A stretch of 64,000 bases of DNA from Tricharina praecox (lineage: Eukaryota), in NCBI RefSeq assembly GCF_024521635.1, contig NW_026250413.1:496001-560000 (forward strand), written 5' to 3'. The position numbers and the translations under genes were made by a program. The notes under the pieces are model-generated. The model saw only the letters and a list, made by a program, of their open reading frames with translations. It made no database searches and was not told where the DNA came from. Below are positions 62,397 through 64,000 of this stretch, piece by piece; within the stretch, counting starts at the first letter, position 1; each line of letters begins with the position of its first letter.

Positions 62397-64000
62397 CGCG
62401 AGGGGATTTATGGGCTGGTTAGAGAGTGAAGCTGGTTTTGCGTAGAGGCGCCGAAACAATAGGACGACAAGGTGGTCGGGGGTTGGTGGTGACGGTGGTG
62501 TGTAGTAGTGGTGGTGGTGGTTGTAGTAGTGGCGGTGGCGGTGGTTGTAGAGGGGACTGTTCGAGTCTATTCGAGTCGGGGGCGTGGGGGAACTCGGTCG
62601 CTGATGTAGTGGAGCGCTCAGCTACGTTCGGCGTTTGCTGGTGGAGGGGGCGCGGCGCTGATAGTGGAGTAGTTGGGTTGGGAGTTGACTTGGAAACAAA
62701 GAAGGTGAAGTGTTCGATGTTGGTTGTGTCTCTTCACGCGTCCGTCCGTTCGCTGTCCGTTGATCGGTGCTGTGCGACGTTGAATTTCTGAGTCAGGGAT
62801 TTATCTCTACCTGTAGAAAGTAGAGCCCTCGGTTTCTATCTATCCACAACGATGCGAGGACAGCACAGAGTCGATGGCATTTGCTGGAACTGGGATGCTT
62901 GTTTCTGATGCCTGTTTGCGGCGGCGAATTTGCGGGTGCGGAGACGTGAGGCGAGGTGAGAAGAAGGAAAAGCGGAGGAGGAAGAGGAGGAGGAGGAAGA
63001 GAACCGGTGACGCAAATGCCGGCCGCGGGAATAGCAGTTTTGGCTGGGTTGGGTAAGATGGCTGAGCGTTTGGGCAAGTGGGACACTCATTCTGGTCACG
63101 AGCGGGTCTAGATACCTGCCATGTGGAGTTGAGGACATGGAGATGCCATTAGCTCGAGGACTACGGTGGGAAGCAGAGTACCTAGCTTCAGACTGGCGGG
63201 GCATTGTTCCTCTAGTGACATGACGATATGGCCAACGAGAAGACGGCAAAGACGAAGAAGATGCGGGGGAAGAGGAGCTCGACGAGCTTGAGGGAAAGCA
63301 GTAAAGCTCGGAGAAGCTGTGAAGAACTTGATGCATCGCCATCTCCATCTCCGTTGTGTACCTGGTGCATCGTAGCGGTTGTTTCTGTCATAGGCAAATG
63401 TCACCGGGAACTCTAGCCATGCTCGTGCCTTCTTTGAAGCTCCGCACTGCCTCTCCCAAAGCTGTCACCCCTCTCCTGCTCTCCCTCGTCGCGGTATCAT
63501 CTTCGTCTACAGCTTCACCCGCGTTAGCATCATCAGCAGAATATTGAAAGTTGCTGTCTGACTCAAGCACTTCTACAATCTTCACCGGACCAAGGCAGCA
63601 ACGAAAAAACCGAATAGGCCCGTGCACCCGCCATTCATCTCTCCGCGCAGAAGAGACAGAGCTACGCAGTCACTCATTCATCCCCGATAACTTATCGACT
63701 GTTCTCACACACATTCACGCTCACACGCTCACACTCATATCCAACTCACTCGATCGCTCACCGTGCATACAAAGCTCGGAGCTGTAGCCAACCGCTGCTG
63801 CCGAGAGTTTTTTTATTGATGCGGCAACGATAACAACGACGACAACGACCGCCTCCACCTCCACCTCCACCTTCACACTCCACCTCCCACTCCACCACCT
63901 CCACCACCTCATCCACCCCAATCCACCCACCTTTCTATCTGAACAAAGACTGGCTACAGCTATATCGATCGTTCATCCACACTAGCCTATCCGTCTCCCG

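Noticed and set aside
62793-63930. Short minus-strand ORFs upstream of the Rab gene
   Set aside because: Low complexity, many stops, no recognisable domain.

Overview
Intron-containing filamentous-ascomycete DNA (GT-AG introns with CTRAC branch sites; Pezizomycete-like is only my inference). Conserved genes recognised from motifs: a SUZ12-like PRC2 subunit that carries an extra spliced C-terminal PHD finger, an F-box/LRR protein, a ubiquitin-like-domain protein, BLCAP/Bc10, RSE1/SF3B3, PSD1, an EDC4/Pdc1-like decapping scaffold, RPS21, SSL1, RNH201, MIF2/CENP-C, a CHS7-family chaperone and a Rab2-like GTPase. Two accessory zones stand out. (1) About 4.5-10.6 kb is a mosaic triple tandem duplication of an intronless Wss1-like WLM metalloprotease, hit by a TA-flanked MITE, a Harbinger-like end and a 5'-truncated LINE; the sister units show the empty sites. 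(2) About 31.3-42.9 kb holds a 6-kb gene-poor stretch followed by a convergent pair of divergent Irc3-like DEAH helicases. No tRNA, rRNA or CRISPR array was seen. All calls come from reading the sequence by eye; no database searches were run.
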